From NCBI GenBank assembly GCA_036719905.1, contig DAIMNW010000001.1:1-36105 (forward strand): a DNA stretch of 36,105 bases, written 5' to 3'. The notes under the pieces were generated by a model, which was given only the letters and a program-made list of their open reading frames with translations, was not told the origin of the DNA and searched no databases. Within the stretch, counting starts at the first letter, position 1. Each line of letters starts with the position of its first letter. Position numbers and translations under genes: made by a program. This document shows, one piece after another, positions 35,593-36,105 of this stretch. The DNA is from Chitinophagales bacterium (GTDB lineage Bacteria; Bacteroidota; Bacteroidia; Chitinophagales; CAIODY01).

Positions 35593-35934
35593 TTATAAAG
35601 TTTTAACCTTTTCCGACAATTCAGCAAAAGAGGTCTCTAATATTCCACAAACAGCAGGCACCAATGCATCAAGTGCATCCAGATGCTCCAAAGTATTGCA
35701 GGCATGTTCAATTTGAACAATTTTTGCCTCGGCCGCAGAAATCCCCATATATCGAGCTTGCGATTTCATAGTGTGGGCAGCCACTTTCAATGTTTCGTAT
35801 TCTTTGTGCTGAAAGGACTCCCTTATCTCATTTACTTTTTGTTGTCCTGTTATCAAATACATCTCTATGTACTTTTTCATTTTGATTTTATCCCCCTTGG
35901 TGAACTCGGTGAGAAAAGTTAAATCGCTGATCAT
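35593..35934 (-). CDS. Histidine phosphotransfer (HPt) domain protein
   Basis: 113 aa, four-helix-bundle-like. Phosphoacceptor context LKVAAHTMKSQARYMG. The start overlaps the stop of the upstream receiver ORF (ATGA). Confidence 0.7.
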   Translation of the reverse strand: MISDLTFLTEFTKGDKIKMKKYIEMYLITGQQKVNEIRESFQHKEYETLKVAAHTMKSQARYMGISAAEAKIVQIEHACNTLEHLDALDALVPAVCGILETSFAELSEKVKTL

Positions 35935-36105
35935 GCTTTCTTTTTGTATTTATATATTTTTTTAATTAGTTCGGACTCCTCAAAGGGTTTGCTGACATGG
36001 TCGTTCATTCCTGCAAGAATGCATTTGTCAAAATCAGTTTTAAATGAATCGGCTGTCATGGCAATGATTGAAATATTATTTCCTTGCAGTCTTATTTTTT
36101 CGGTG
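35931..36105 (-). CDS. Partial CDS (5' end outside the window): C-terminal part of a response-regulator receiver domain
   Basis: Not in the ORF track because it has no start in the window. My translation of the minus strand reads TEKIRLQGNNISIIAMTADSFKTDFDKCILAGMNDHVSKPFEESELIKKIYKYKKKA*, the typical end of a receiver domain (xxAxTA ... G ... KPF). Confidence 0.65.
   Translation of the reverse strand, partial: TEKIRLQGNNISIIAMTADSFKTDFDKCILAGMNDHVSKPFEESELIKKIYKYKKKA

Overview
The window looks like a Bacteroidota chromosomal segment. Three things support this: a T9SS porU-porV pair, a T9SS type-B sorting-domain cargo protein, and TAnnTTTG -7 promoter boxes in front of many genes with no obvious Shine-Dalgarno sequences. 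I call about 30 CDS and two tRNA-Arg genes. Most are ordinary core functions: def-ruvX, thiE, tyrS, a PAP2 phosphatase, a PaaI thioesterase, a DegT aminotransferase, an SDR, a thioredoxin-like protein, an AsmA-like protein, TPR and PstS-like proteins, a multi-PAS hybrid histidine kinase, and an HPt protein next to a partial receiver domain. I found no CRISPR array, rRNA, transposase, integrase or phage genes, and no convincing complete novel multi-gene system. The strongest second-look items are: (1) a UPF0175/DUF3368-PIN toxin-antitoxin cassette packed 3 nt upstream of a free-standing half-size CarB (second ATP-grasp half only); (2) a TyrRS whose HIGH signature reads TIGN, the TrpRS-type signature; (3) a short motif (ATTrTTGATAGCAA, core TTGATAGCAA) that I saw only in intergenic DNA, including a triple direct repeat in the porV/kinase convergent spacer; (4) two tRNA-Arg genes that each carry two apparently compensated tertiary-pair changes; (5) an SGNH/GDSL-like lipoprotein lacking the catalytic His and the Asn; (6) thiE apparently co-transcribed with a beta-propeller lipoprotein that has a cytochrome-like C-x4-CH module. 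All calls come from reading the translations and DNA by eye; no searches were run.
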